Of a stretch of DNA of 64,000 bases, positions 44,478 through 57,654 are shown in pieces. Every line of letters begins with the position of its first letter. Position 1 is the stretch's first letter. The stretch lies in the NCBI RefSeq assembly GCF_009914755.1, contig NC_060945.1. The stretch is one strand, 5' to 3'. Made by a program: the position numbers and the translations under genes. The stretch comes from the human T2T-CHM13v2.0 reference genome, Homo sapiens. A model generated the notes under the pieces. The model was not told the DNA's origin. It did not search any database and worked only from the letters and a program-made list of their open reading frames with translations.

Positions 44478-45642
44478 AGTATGTGACTGATAAGTGATAT
44501 TAACTCGTTATCATATGCAACCCATAAATGTACGGATGTCTAATTAACATATTTACAGTCATAATCTTCTCTGTATTAGATAAAAATTAAAAAATCTAAT
44601 TTTTGATTGTCAAGGTAACAACCAGAAAAGTAACAGAAATAATGCATAAATACATTGCCAATAACATATTCTTTGTATTTTACTTTGTATTTGTGCTTAC
44701 ATGAAAATTAAAATAAACATGTTATATTAATAGTTATAAATTACATTTTTGTTGTAACTGAAGTATTGATTTCTTTTATCTCTTAAAATTAAAAAAAAAG
44801 ACAGTTTAATGCCTCCATACATGTCTTTCATTCACAGATATTGGTATAACTTCTCAAAAATGTAAACATGCAGACAGAGGAGAGGAAACTGTAAAACATA
44901 CTCATCACAAGTAATCACTACTCATTATCTAAGCATTTTCTTTTTCTCAGAAATATCTTTAATCCAGCTTTATAAAAATGACATTGATTATATTATAAAA
45001 TGATATTGATAGTGATTTTATTTGTTAAACTCTAATAGCTAAAATAGAGTTTAAAAATTGTAAAAATCAGTACTAAGCAAATTGTTTAATTAAGGTAATT
45101 TGTTCTGAAAATACATTCTTTGTGATGATTATTTTTCTAATTATTGCCTAGATCTATGTTGTTTAATAGAACCTTTTTTTTACTATATAAATACAAATTT
45201 ATACTTAGAATAGCTAAATAGTAAGAACTCTAAAGTCATGGCCTTCAAATATACTTAATACATTTTGCCATGCATATTAAAAATACTAAAACATACTGTA
45301 AAATATTTTGTATTTTATTTTAGTGGATAGTTATATAACCCAAAAGGAATAAGGTAAGCTATAATGGATTTGTCTGTAAGTGCTGGAAGGATTTTTATCT
45401 GAAGCTGCTGGTATTATAAGAAAAGAACTTTTATGTGTGTTATCTCATGAAGTTTATATAAAAGAATAAAACATAGATTGAAGTAAATACCACTGTAAAC
45501 AAAAGAGGATCCTTTCAACTTAGAATTCTTATCAAAATATATGAGTACACTAAGGAAACTAAAAAGTAAAAACTACATGTATTTATGAAGGTTCAAGTTC
45601 TTTAAATTTTGAATTTTTGAATGGTATACTATAGATACAAAC

Positions 45643-46260
45643 CAAAGAACAAAAACTAAAATTACCATTTGAACCATCAATTTCATTTCTGCGTATATAT
45701 CCGAAGGAAAAGAAATTTAAAAATTAATTAGAAATTAATTAGAAAAAATTAATCTACCAAAGGAAAACAAAACAAAACAAAACAAAACACTTGCATTCAT
45801 ATGTTTACTTCAGCACTATTCACAATAGCAAAGACATGGAATCAACATAGGTATTCATCAACGGTTGATTGGATAAAGAAAATGTGGTACATACACACCA
45901 TAGAATACTACACAGCCATAAAAAAGGACAAGATCATATTCTTTGCAGCAACATGGATCAACTTGAGGCTATTATCCTAAGTGAATTAACTCAGAAATAA
46001 AAAGTTAAAGACTTCATGTTCTCACTTAGATGTGGAAGCTAAGCATTGGGTAGACATGAACATAAGGATAGAAACAATGAACACTGGGGACTCCAAAAGG
46101 AGGGGGAGATGGCAGAGGGCAAGAGTTGAAAAACTACCTCTTGGGCACTATGTTCATCATTTAGGTGACAGGTTCAGTGGAAGCCCAAACCTCAGCTTCA
46201 CACAACATATCCATGTAACAAACCTGCACAAGTACCCTCTGAAATCAATATTTTAAAAAT
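45643..46260 (+). mobile_element. L1PA15/16-like 3' end
   Basis: cagcactattcacaatagcaaag...gaagcccaaacctcagc...acaaacctgcacaagtaccc. Confidence 0.85.
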
Positions 46261-47307
46261 CAACAATTTTTAAAAAGTAGATTCTTACATAAATGACATA
46301 CAGAAAATACCTACTACAAGTATTGATTAATAAGTGATTAAAATGGTCTAATGGTAAGTGTGAAATTGTGGATGGGATTAGATAGGCATAGCAGAGGAAA
46401 GTAAGAAAAGAAGAGAAGCTATAATAAAGCTTAAAATAATTAATTAGTTATTGGTTAATTAGATACAGTGGATAAAGAGGAAGAATAAGTCAAAATATAA
46501 CTATGTATTTTATAGGGGAGGCAATTTTGAGAAGCATATTGTCATGCTTTAGTTTAAGGAGATTATGAAGAGGCTCTAGATTAAAGCATAAGGTGATCAG
46601 GTCATTTGCATCCATATTAAACTCCGGTTAATAACAGAAAGTGAGCATAAAAACAATCAGTGGGAAAATGAAAAAATGAAGAAAAAGCCTACTTGTTGTG
46701 GGGGCAATGGGACCATTAATAAAAATATCAAGATAAATGCCAATAAAATGAGAAATACTCATGTGAGAGCAAGACTTGAAGAACGCAGAAACAGAAGGAT
46801 CATGTTTTATTGCTCCCAATGCTTCTGACATGAATGAAAGGAAATCAAAACACAAAGATCCAACACATTAAGTAACACATTATAAGCTAGAAATAGAATA
46901 AGGGAAAGTTATATACTTACTGTTAGACTAAAAATGTTCATTTTGAAATTAGCACTAATTGCTTGTTAAAAATGCCAACTCATAAAATGTGACATAATGT
47001 AAAATATCAGTTTCTTAAAAAATCTGAGAAATAACTATGCATTATATTTGCATTGCATGTTGGGAAAACCTGCTCATTCTATTCTGATTTTCAATTTTCT
47101 TTGATTTTTATTATTTTTTAAAGAGACACACAAAATTAGATTGTGAATAGACTCCTATATACATGCTAGAACTTGGTAACTACCAACATTTTGCAGAACA
47201 TGTTTCATCTTAGCCTCAGTCCTCTTTTATTTTTCTGAATATTTTAATGATACTACATTATTTCATGTCTACATATTTTGTAATGGATTTTAAAAATACA
47301 ATTTCTT

Positions 47308-47631
<324 letters not shown>

Positions 47632-48010
47632 TTATAAAACCTTAGTAACTCTATAGCATGTAACAAAATTAGCAATGATTTATCATCATACCTAGTACAT
47701 ATCCAAACTATTAAAATTATTTGTAATATTTTCTCTTGTTAATATTTAAATTTCTTTTCATATGCAAATTTCTAGACATGTTATTATGGCAGAGCATAAT
47801 AAGCCATAGTGTGTCCCATAACTATAACAATTTCATGCCACAAATTATTTAATTTCTCCTCTCTCAGCCTCTTGAACTTCAAATTATTTTTTTAAAAAAA
47901 TCACAGATATCTAGTTTACATCTCTAAATATTTCTGCATACATAACTAAAAATAACAACTCCTGTCACATAAGCAAAATGTGATTATTATGCTTTTTAAA
48001 ATCCAGGTAA

Positions 48011-48724
48011 TTGACATCACTAATCATCAGAGAAATGCAATCCAAAACCACAATAAGATACCATCTCACACCAGTCAGAATGGCTATTATTAGAAAGTCA
48101 AAAAATAACAAATGCTGCCAAGGTTGCAAAGAAAAGGGAACACTTACATACACTGCTGATGGAAGTGTAAATTAATTCGGCCACCATGGGAAGCATTTGC
48201 CCCAACAATCTCATTATTGGGTATATACTCAAAATACAAATGGTTCTACCATTAAGATATTTGCACATGTATGTTCATCACCGCATTATTCACAATAACT
48301 AGGACATAGAATTAACCTAGATGCTGATCAATGGTAGACTGGATAAAGAACATGTAATACATATACACCATGGAATACTATGCAGTCATAAAAATGAATG
48401 AGATCATGTCCTTTGCAGCAACGAGCTGCAGACCATTATCCTAAGCAAACTAACATTGAAACAGAAAACCAAATACCTCATGGTCTCACTTATAAGTGAG
48501 AGCTAAACACTGAGTCCATATGGAGAGAAAGAAAGGATCAATAGATATTAAGGATCTGCTTGAGAGTGAAGAGTGGGAGGAGGGTGGGTACTGACAAACT
48601 ACCTATTGGGTACCATGCTTATTACCTGGGTGACTAAATAATCTGTACACTAAACCCCCACAACACATAATTTACCTACTTCTCAAATCTACACATGCTT
48701 CTGTGAAACTAAAAGTTAAAAAAA
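48011..48724 (+). mobile_element. L1PA (PA10-PA14-like) 3' end
   Basis: catcactaatcatcagagaaatgcaa...cacttataagtgagagctaaac...aaaagttaaaaaaaa. Confidence 0.88.
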
Positions 48725-48946
48725 ATTGTAAAATATCCAGCTAACATTTTGTTAATTACTTCATAACTGTCACACGTGCATATGCACACACACACACACC
48801 TTTATATATGGCTAGTGTTTCTATAATGCTTCAAATAAAGCACACATGTTGAAATAGGTTGATTTGTCTTTTAAGTTGCTATTTAGGTATCAATTCTTTC
48901 TCCGGTCTTTTTTTTTTCTCACCTGCAAATTATTTGTTTAGAAATC

Positions 48947-49550
48947 TGTATGCACAGGAAAGAGTTAATTCAGCAAGTCTGGTTTGCTTCAACCCCACAC
49001 ATTCCCAAGAAAGGCCAATCTTTGCAATTGGCCCTTACCTGGGTTCTGGGAGATGAGCTCTAAAGCTCTTGAAATATTCTGCCTCATAACAGTGTTTTTG
49101 CTGACACCTTTGGGCACAGAACACTAGTTTTATGAGATAGTTTATTAACAATGTGATCTATAATAAATTGCTGTTTTTGCTCTTTGTGACTGAAGTCTGA
49201 GTGTCTGAGGTCAGGCACATAGGTGCTACATACATAGGTAAATGACTCTAAATAAAACACTTGGATCACCCAGCTCAGGTGTGCTTTCCTGGTTGGGAGG
49301 ACTTGTCACACATTGGCACACAGCCTTACTGGGAGAATTAAGCCCACCGGGTAAGTTCATAGGGAGAAGACACGTGGGAGCTTGTGCCTGCTTTCTACTA
49401 CACTTTGGCCCACATGGCTTTTCCCTTTGCTTATTTTTAATCTTAATAATTTTACTATAATAATACTATATTTACGCCACAGTATAACAAATTTTGTGAG
49501 TCCTTCTAATTAATTATTGGCTCTAAGAATAGTCTTGGGGAATCCTAACA
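48947..49550 (+). mobile_element. MER77/MER68-like LTR
   Basis: cacaggaaagagttaattcagcaag...ctgggagatgagctctaaagctcttgaaatattctgcct...gtcttggggaatcctaaca. Confidence 0.7.
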
Positions 49551-51693
49551 TACTGTATCATTTATTCTTTGTTTCTCTGAGTCCGGACTTTGCTAACCAA
49601 CTGATGTAGGAGGTCAGACACTATGTCTTGGCTATGTGACTAGAGAGATATAAAAGCCCCCGCAGGAAACATCTGCTTCCTTGAGTGCTCTCCAAGTCTA
49701 GATTTATCACAAAAATCTTGTTGGTTCAATTTCAAGAAGATTAGAGTCCTTGTGGGAATATGAAAGATCCTGGGGAATTGTCGAGGAAGTCTTCTATGTC
49801 TTCTCAAATGTACATGAACTCTTCTTTTCTTACTGTTTTACATTACTAGCCTTTGTTAAATCCTTACTATATTACATTACTAGCCTTTGTCAAATCCTTA
49901 GGTGAATACGCTCTGTGAAATTGTACTAATTCTTTCAAATATATAAACCTGAGTAACCTTTATACCTATATTATTGAATGAACAATTAAACCTATTATTA
50001 AAACAACACTTGAAATAATGGCTTCAAGTGTTTGTGATCTAATATTGATCATGTCAATAACTAAACTAAAGAACTTTCAGAGATATAATCAGATGCTTAC
50101 AAGTCAACATGCAGTCAATTCTGTTGTTATTACCCATGATTTTATTTTTAAGGAAGAAAAATTCTAATTAACCTGTGTCTGTAACCATTGACACTGGGAA
50201 TGGACCAGAATACCCAGAAAATATCACAGCATTTATATCATTGGAAGAAATTGAAAATTTTATCATCATAGTCTTAAATTACTTGTATAAAATGAAAAGC
50301 CTAAAATATTACCAAACTAAAAGGAGTTGATACAAAAGCTTGAATAATTTCATTCTGACTAGTATTTTACTGAACCATATTTTCAAAAATGGTAAAGTGT
50401 GTAAGAAAGAATCTAGATTTAAAAAAAAATTAATTAAAATTTGTTTTCTAAGATTACCCAAAGCAGCTCTATGTGAAATGGAAAGTAATTAAGGGATTTC
50501 TTACTACTCCTGCCCATAGGAGATGAAAGCATCAAAAAATTAATTGAATAATAAATATCACAGCAGGGAAACAACATTATTTGAATATCACCATCTTTTT
50601 GGCTGGGATCCCAGAAGAACAGGAACTCATGGTTTGTCAAGACAGAAAAACAAGTCATAGGTTCTCTTTCAATTCTGCTGTAACAAAAATATATTTTTTC
50701 CTACAATAGCAGTATTAAAATTTAGCATAACCTGAAGCCTTATATAATAAATAATGTGAAAGAAAAAATAGCATAGTTTGTATTTATATAGCATTGTTTA
50801 AGACAAGAATGTATAAGATTTTTGGAATAATGGTTATATAGGCCAAAAATAATGCATATTTCACACATCGTCATAAAACCACATTATGTCATTTGTTTCT
50901 ATTACTTTGTCATCTTAAGACCACTATTATTTTAGCTTGTCTGAGGAATGAGAATGTTCTATAGATCTTATTAAAGGCATACCGTTGTTCACCATTTTTA
51001 TTAGTGAAATGATGGAATAGCATGCTTTTTTAAAATAAAGACTTGAAATATCTGCTGAAAGTATGGACTAGAAATCAATAAGAACTGAAAAGGCAAGTAC
51101 TGAGACCTAAATTGTCAGCATTAAATCAGAAAGAATCCATTTTTGGCACACAATAACAGGACACTGAGACGATATAGTGGCTTTCCCCATTTACAAAAAA
51201 AAAAAAAAAAAAAGCCTTTAATTACTTCAAAAAACAAGAAACCACAGATCCAGCTCATCAAATTCTACATGATCAAGGTCCTGCTCATCTCTATAAGCCT
51301 AATCTTTAGCCATTCCTTGTAATCCTATAGACACCTCTACAAGGCTCATTGTTTAGTTACGTGGAATGTTTCCATTTTTGCAAAGGGCTTTTATGGCCAC
51401 TTGCTTTGTCAGTACTATATGATATTCATTCAGCCTAAGTGATTTCAAGCAGTATCCCCAGCCTCATGGACTTTCTGTTTAACATGAACTTTAGATCACT
51501 GCTCGTTATTAGTATTCTGAAACATATTTAGATTTTTTTAACCTTCCCATGATTGGGTTTGATGTCCTTATCCGGTGTTCTTGTAGCACACTCTAATTAA
51601 TATTTGCAATCAGAGCATACACCAAGCTTTGTTTAACTTGTTTTTCTCTCTCCAAAGATTTAATGCTTCCTGTGAGGAATGGACAAGTCAGCT

Positions 51694-52641
51694 TATTAGA
51701 ATAGGCAGATAGCTGGAAATGAGCAGGAAGGGGAGCCCCTGGAAAAGAAATCCTTAGAGGCGCTGCCCACCGATAGTCAGTGCTGCCCACTGACAGCCAA
51801 AAACAATGGCTACAATAGTAACATCTGGCCTTGTGGACTGGGCTCATCCAACCCTGATAGGGATTTATTAGGCCCTAGTCAGAGATAACCATGATAGGAA
51901 CTCTCCCCACTGACGAGTGTGCACACTCCTTTAAAAACTCACCCTAGGCCAGGTGCGGTGGCTCATACCTGTAATCCCAGCACTTTGGGAGGCCAAGGCA
52001 GGAGGATCACTTGAGGTCGGAGTTTGAGACCAGCCTGACCAACTTAGAGAAACCCCATCTCTACTAAAAATACAAAATTAGCCGGGTGTGGTGGTGCATG
52101 CCTGTAATCCCAGCTACTCAGGAGAATCACTTGAATCCAGGAGGCAGAGGCTGCAGTGAGCCGAGATCACACCACTGAACTTCAGCCTGGGCAACAAGAG
52201 GGAAACTCCGTCTCAAATAAAACAAAAAACAAAACAAAACAAAAAAACCTCACCCTAGAGTAGTCTTTTGCTCATTATAACAGGGGGGAATAAAAACACC
52301 CCTGGCTAGAGATTTAACATGCTAATGAGACATGCAATTTATGTATTAGCACATGCGGCCACAATGCATATGTGCTCAGGAGACCACCCAAAAAATGCTT
52401 GCTAGTAGCACCCGTTTGTACCCCTTTCATTAATTATCATGTAAGAGACCCCCAGTAAAGGGGCTCCCCAGTGTCAGCCTATGCTGGCTCATTCTCTCCA
52501 GCAGCCTGCTCTGACTCAGCATTCAGAGTGTACTGTCACTTTAAATACACTCTGCTACTACTTAGTCTCGTTACATGTCTCTTGGCTGAATTCTTTCTTC
52601 CAAAAAGACAAGAACTGAGGACCCTGCAGTGACTAGTAACA
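51694..52641 (+). mobile_element. MER50/MER87-like ERV1 solo LTR interrupted by an Alu
   Basis: ttagaataggcagatagctggaaatgagcaggaaggggagcccctg...gctgaattctttcttcc...gacaagaac...gtaaca. Confidence 0.7.
51947..52246 (+). mobile_element. AluSp-like with small right-arm deletion
   Basis: gaggtcggagtttgagaccagcctgacc; TSD core ctcacccta at 51938-51946 and 52248-52256. Confidence 0.93.
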
Positions 52642-53649
52642 AACCTGATGTACCTTTGTAAAACAAATGTCTAGCACAATGGCTAAAATTAAATAATTAC
52701 CTAATAATTATTTAATTTTGAAAATTTAAATATTTTTGTGTTGCATGATTTGGCCACTTTTAGGTTTTATTTCACTTTTTCAGTGATTTCTTTCCAAATT
52801 GCTCATACATAATTGTTATTTTTGTAGGAGGACATAGATTTCATAATTTTTGAAATATTTATTCAAATTCCCTATTATCTGGTATAATATAAAATAGTAT
52901 TCTTAAATACTCTTAGTAAAATATTTGCAGACACTCTGAGGCAAAAGCAATAAATTGTAGATTATTTTTTAAACTGTAAAAAGTTTTCCTTTCCACCTGC
53001 TTAATATTATTGTAAACACATTTTATGCATGGTATACTGCTACAGAGCAACCCATCAATTTTATTAAAATGGGAAAAATAGGAGCTATCTCCAGGTAGAC
53101 AGTGTTGGAATTGAATTGGTGGATACTGGCTGGTGTCTACTGCTTGTGGGTGGGGAGAAACTTCCACACATTTGGTCACAGAAGTCTTCTGTGTTGATGG
53201 TTGCAGTGTGAGAGCAAAGGAAAACACAGTCTGAGAATTTTTCCAAAGCAATTCGTGTCAGAGAGCAGAGATTGTCTAGAATGGCCCTGGCTCATGGAAA
53301 CATTGGGCTTTGGGACAGAAAACATGAAAGGGTGAAGAATAAAGGATTTTTGATTCCTGGGTGGCCATGTAGTCACCCTTGGTATGGAGCTGCTGCTATG
53401 CTGAGATCAGTTACTAAAGACAACAGTCACCAGTGGAATTTAGAAATAGATCCAATCCCCCAGGGGGAGTTGGTTCATTGGATGTGCACCGACTAAGGAA
53501 ATGCAAACTGATAGGAAAAGAGTGGAACAGTCAACCCTTGTGAGAAAGAAAAGTAAAATTCTAACCCCCTAAATGACTGAATGTGCCATGTCTTGGCCAA
53601 AGGGATCCCAGAGTAACCCTGAAAGCTGAATTCTCAGCCATGATGGTAT

Positions 53650-54133
53650 TGAGGTACAAGGCGGGGCTCATCTCTGGAGGGGAGGCTTCATCAGACCAAA
53701 TTAAGGACTAACCAAAACAGAGATGGGGCAGAAGCAGCCTTTCATAAGACACACCCACCAGTGTGCCATGTCATTTTACTATAGCCATGGCAACACCCAA
53801 ATTTACCATTCCTTCCCATGGCAACAACCTGACAACCTGTAAGTTACCCCCCTTTTCCCAGAAATTTCTGCATAATCCTCCCCTTAATTTGCACGTGATT
53901 AAAAATGAGTATAAATATAACTGCAGAACTGCCTCTGAACTGCTACTCTGTGCATACTGCCTAAGGAGTATCCCTGCTCCACGAGGAGCGGTACCTCTGC
54001 TGCTGTTGTATACTGCTGCTTCAATAAGAGTTGCTATTTAACACCATCAGCTCTCCCTTAAATACTTTACTGGGTAAAGCCAAGAGTCCTCCCAAGCTAA
54101 GCCACAATTATGGGGTTCGCCTCCTTTGCATTA
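53650..54133 (+). mobile_element. MER41/MER66/LTR19-type ERV1 solo LTR nested in the MER83-like LTR
   Basis: tgaggt...gccatggcaac...tataaata...tgcatta; TSD gtat at 53646-53649 and 54134-54137. Confidence 0.8.
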
Positions 54134-54153
54134 GTATGGCGCTGGGGGGGGGG

Positions 54154-54476
54154 TGTATTAGTCCATTCTCACGCTGCTGATAAAGACATACCTGAGACAG
54201 GGCAATTTACCAAAAAAAAGAGGTTTAATGGACTTACAGTTCCATGTGGCTGGGGAAGTCTCACAATCATGGCAGGAGACAAGGAGGACCAAATCTTGTC
54301 TTACATGGATGGCAGCAGGCAAAGAGAGAGTTTGTGCAGTGAAACCTCCCCTTATAAACCATTGGATCTCATGAGACTTATTCACTATCATGAGAACAGC
54401 AAGGGAAAGACCTGCTCCCATGATTCAATTACCTCTCTCCAGGTCCCTCCCACAACATGTGGGAATTCAAGATGAG
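54154..54476 (-). mobile_element. THE1 (C-like) solo LTR, slightly truncated
   Basis: tgtattagtccattctcacgctgctgataaagacatacc...catgattcaattacc. Confidence 0.9.
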
Positions 54477-55689
54477 AATACCACCTGATGGTACCCTTCT
54501 TTTTCAGCCTGGTAAGAAATCACTGACCACAGAGTGGTTCTAGTTAGTCCGAGGAGATCGAGCAGTAGGAGTTTTATATCCTCTGTTTCATCTTTTGATA
54601 TCAGATGGCCAAAAACTCCACTCCGGGATTAATTGCACATGTGCAGCTTTCTCATTTCTTCCTATAGCCTATTAAATCAGTATATTCAACCACCTCACTC
54701 AGCATAGATTCCCGTTCCCTTTGACCCTCTCTCAGTGTCTGTTTCTGGCTTCTGGCCAAGGCTGTGCTTCCCAGCCTGTCAGAATGGCCACCCTGCAGGC
54801 TGCAGCCCTTCATGAGAAGTAAAGCTCTCATTTCTAAATTTATTAACCTCATCATCTTTGAGTTGACATTGCTTATTGTCATCTGTATTAGCTAAAATGA
54901 AACCAAAGGAAAGTGCTGGGTCTGACCTTGATATCATACCAAACTTAGATTTTGGTGAGTCTGAGCTTTGGCCACTAGCCTCAGAGCCACCCCTCAAAGG
55001 CAAAATTATGCAAGGACAACAGAAAGTACCTCCGAGTCCTGTGGTTACCAAGAAAGTACTCAATGTGGGGAAAGGGCAAAACAAAGTGATGAATAAAACC
55101 ACAGGACATAGTGTGAAGTAATTGTTCCATTTTGTAGATAGGTATCATCAGCTTCCTGAGGAACCTTTAATAAAATGGATTCCAATAGTAGCCAATTTAG
55201 AAGGAGTATCTTTTAAGTGCTGCAGAGATGAAGAGCATGTTTGTGTTGATGCAGGACCCACAACTTGCTATAGTTCGATGGCAGATGAAGATATATAATT
55301 CAGACATGCAGGAAGATATTCCTGAGGGAACAGCCAGCCTGGTGGACTGAATAAAAGCCACAGTAAGATTTGTTTACCTTCAGAAGAGGGACTGTCTGAT
55401 CCCCCCTATACATGTCATGTGGAGCACCTGAGATGAAGTAGCTGTTATGCTTTTATATGCAAACCATGTGGTCCTGGCTTTAATGATGACAGAGATATTC
55501 ACCCCCTGAATATGCCAGTTACTCAGATCATGGTAAATACTACGGTTAAGGGAGCCTCTTTTACATGGGCACTACACATGAAATTACTCCCAGAGAATTG
55601 AACAACAGTTTGAGAAGCCTTATCAAATTTGCTGTCTCAGCTTCTCTTCAGGGATCTTACACATGCTAAGAAAAACGTTAGGTTAATTA

Positions 55690-55998
55690 GGCTGGGCTCA
55701 ATGGCTCATGCCTGTAATCCCAGCATTTTGGGAGGCCGAGGCGGGAAGATCATGAGGTCAGGAGATCGAGACCATCCTGGCTAACACGGTGAAACCCCGT
55801 CTCTACTAAAAATACAAAAAATTAGCCGGGCGCGGTGGCGGGCGCCTGTAGTCCCAGCTACTCGGGAGGCTGAGGCAGCAGAATGGTGTGAACCCAGGAG
55901 GCGGAGCTTACAGTGAGCCCAGATCGTGCCACTGAACTCCAGCCTGGGCGACAGAGCGAGACTCCATCTCAAAAACAACAAAAGCAACAACAACAACA
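55690..55998 (+). mobile_element. AluY
   Basis: gagatcgagaccatcctggctaacacgg; TSD aaaaac(g/c)ttaggttaatta. Confidence 0.95.
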
Positions 55999-56722
55999 AA
56001 AAACCTTAGGTTAATTAACAAGGGAATGGGGGAAAGGCACAAGGGAGAGTGAAATGACTCATCCCTGTGGGATGAAAATACTTAAACGCGTACTAAAAAA
56101 ATAAAGTGAATAAAGAAAACATTGTTGGGGTGAAACTAGAGATTCAGGAATCGAGAGAGTCATGAAATTCACCCCAGTGTGGTGGAAATTTTTAGATAGT
56201 TTATAAGATATAGGTTAAATAAAATGAAAATTGATAGGGTTAAAACAAAGGTCTTAATGCAACACTGTCAACAGTTGGGTGAAACAAAGGGAGCCCTTTC
56301 TGTCCCCCCCAATATCACAGAGCACCAAATCAGTTTGCTGTATCACTCCCAGCTGGAGAATTTTAAAAGGCTAGAAGGTAAAGATTACAATAAGAAACTT
56401 CAACTGGAATTGCCTAGGACAATGGTTAACACTGGTTAATCAAGGCAGCAATTCACAGAGTCCAGAGTCATCTGATAAGAGGGGACCCAAAGTCTTTTGC
56501 AATAGAGAAGATAAAATGGTGTGGGGGTGAAAAAGATAAGTTTATGGAACTAGAACATAAAAATATAAGGGTTGGTAAGATTATAAAACTTAGTATATTT
56601 GAACACACTTCACAGGAATTGGTTCTCCTTCTCCTGATCATATTATGGAAATGGACACTGTATCTGAGTGGGGAAAGTTTTCTCTACCTAGTCCCATAAA
56701 ACAGAAGACAAGTAAATCCACT

Positions 56723-57127
56723 TGTGTTAGGTCATTCTTGTGTTGCTATAAAGGAACACTTGAGGCTGGGCAATTTATAAAGAAAAGAGGATTAATTGGC
56801 TCATGGTTCTTCAGGCTGTACAATTATGGCACTGGCAATCTGCCCAGCTTCGGGGAGGCTTCAGGGAGCTTCTACTCATGGCAGAAGGTGACTGGGAGCA
56901 GGCACATAAAATGGTAAGAGCAGGGGCAAGAGGGAGAGTGGGGTGAAGGAGGTACTACACGTGTTTAAACAACCAGACCTGATGAGAACTCACTCACCAT
57001 TGTGAGGACAGCACCAAGCTATGCAGGTTCCTCCCACGTGACCCTAACACCTCCTACGAGGCCCCACCTTCAACACTGGAGATTACATCTCAACATGAAA
57101 TTTAGAGGGTACATCCAAACTACATTA
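56723..57127 (-). mobile_element. MSTA/MSTB solo LTR
   Basis: tgtgttaggtcattcttgtgttgctataaagg...catccaaactacatta; TSD ccact/ccacc. Confidence 0.85.
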
Positions 57128-57315
57128 CCACCCTTCAAGTAATGTAAATTCAATATGATATGGTAAATGGGTACCTGCAAGATTGCCTAAGACCACTGAA
57201 TGCAGGGTAGAAGCTAGAATGCTGTTAGGGATGAATTCTGCTCTTGATTGCCCTTTGTAGAATATTTACTCAGGCTTATGAAACAAGCCTGTGAGTGCCT
57301 CCCAATGCCTACTAG

Positions 57316-57654
<339 letters not shown>

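Larger units (their letters stand above)
53541..54868 (+). mobile_element. MER83-like ERV1 solo LTR inserted in the MER21 internal region
   Basis: aaaattctaaccccctaaatgactgaatg...cttggccaaaggga; end aagtaaagctctc...gagttgaca. Confidence 0.65.
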
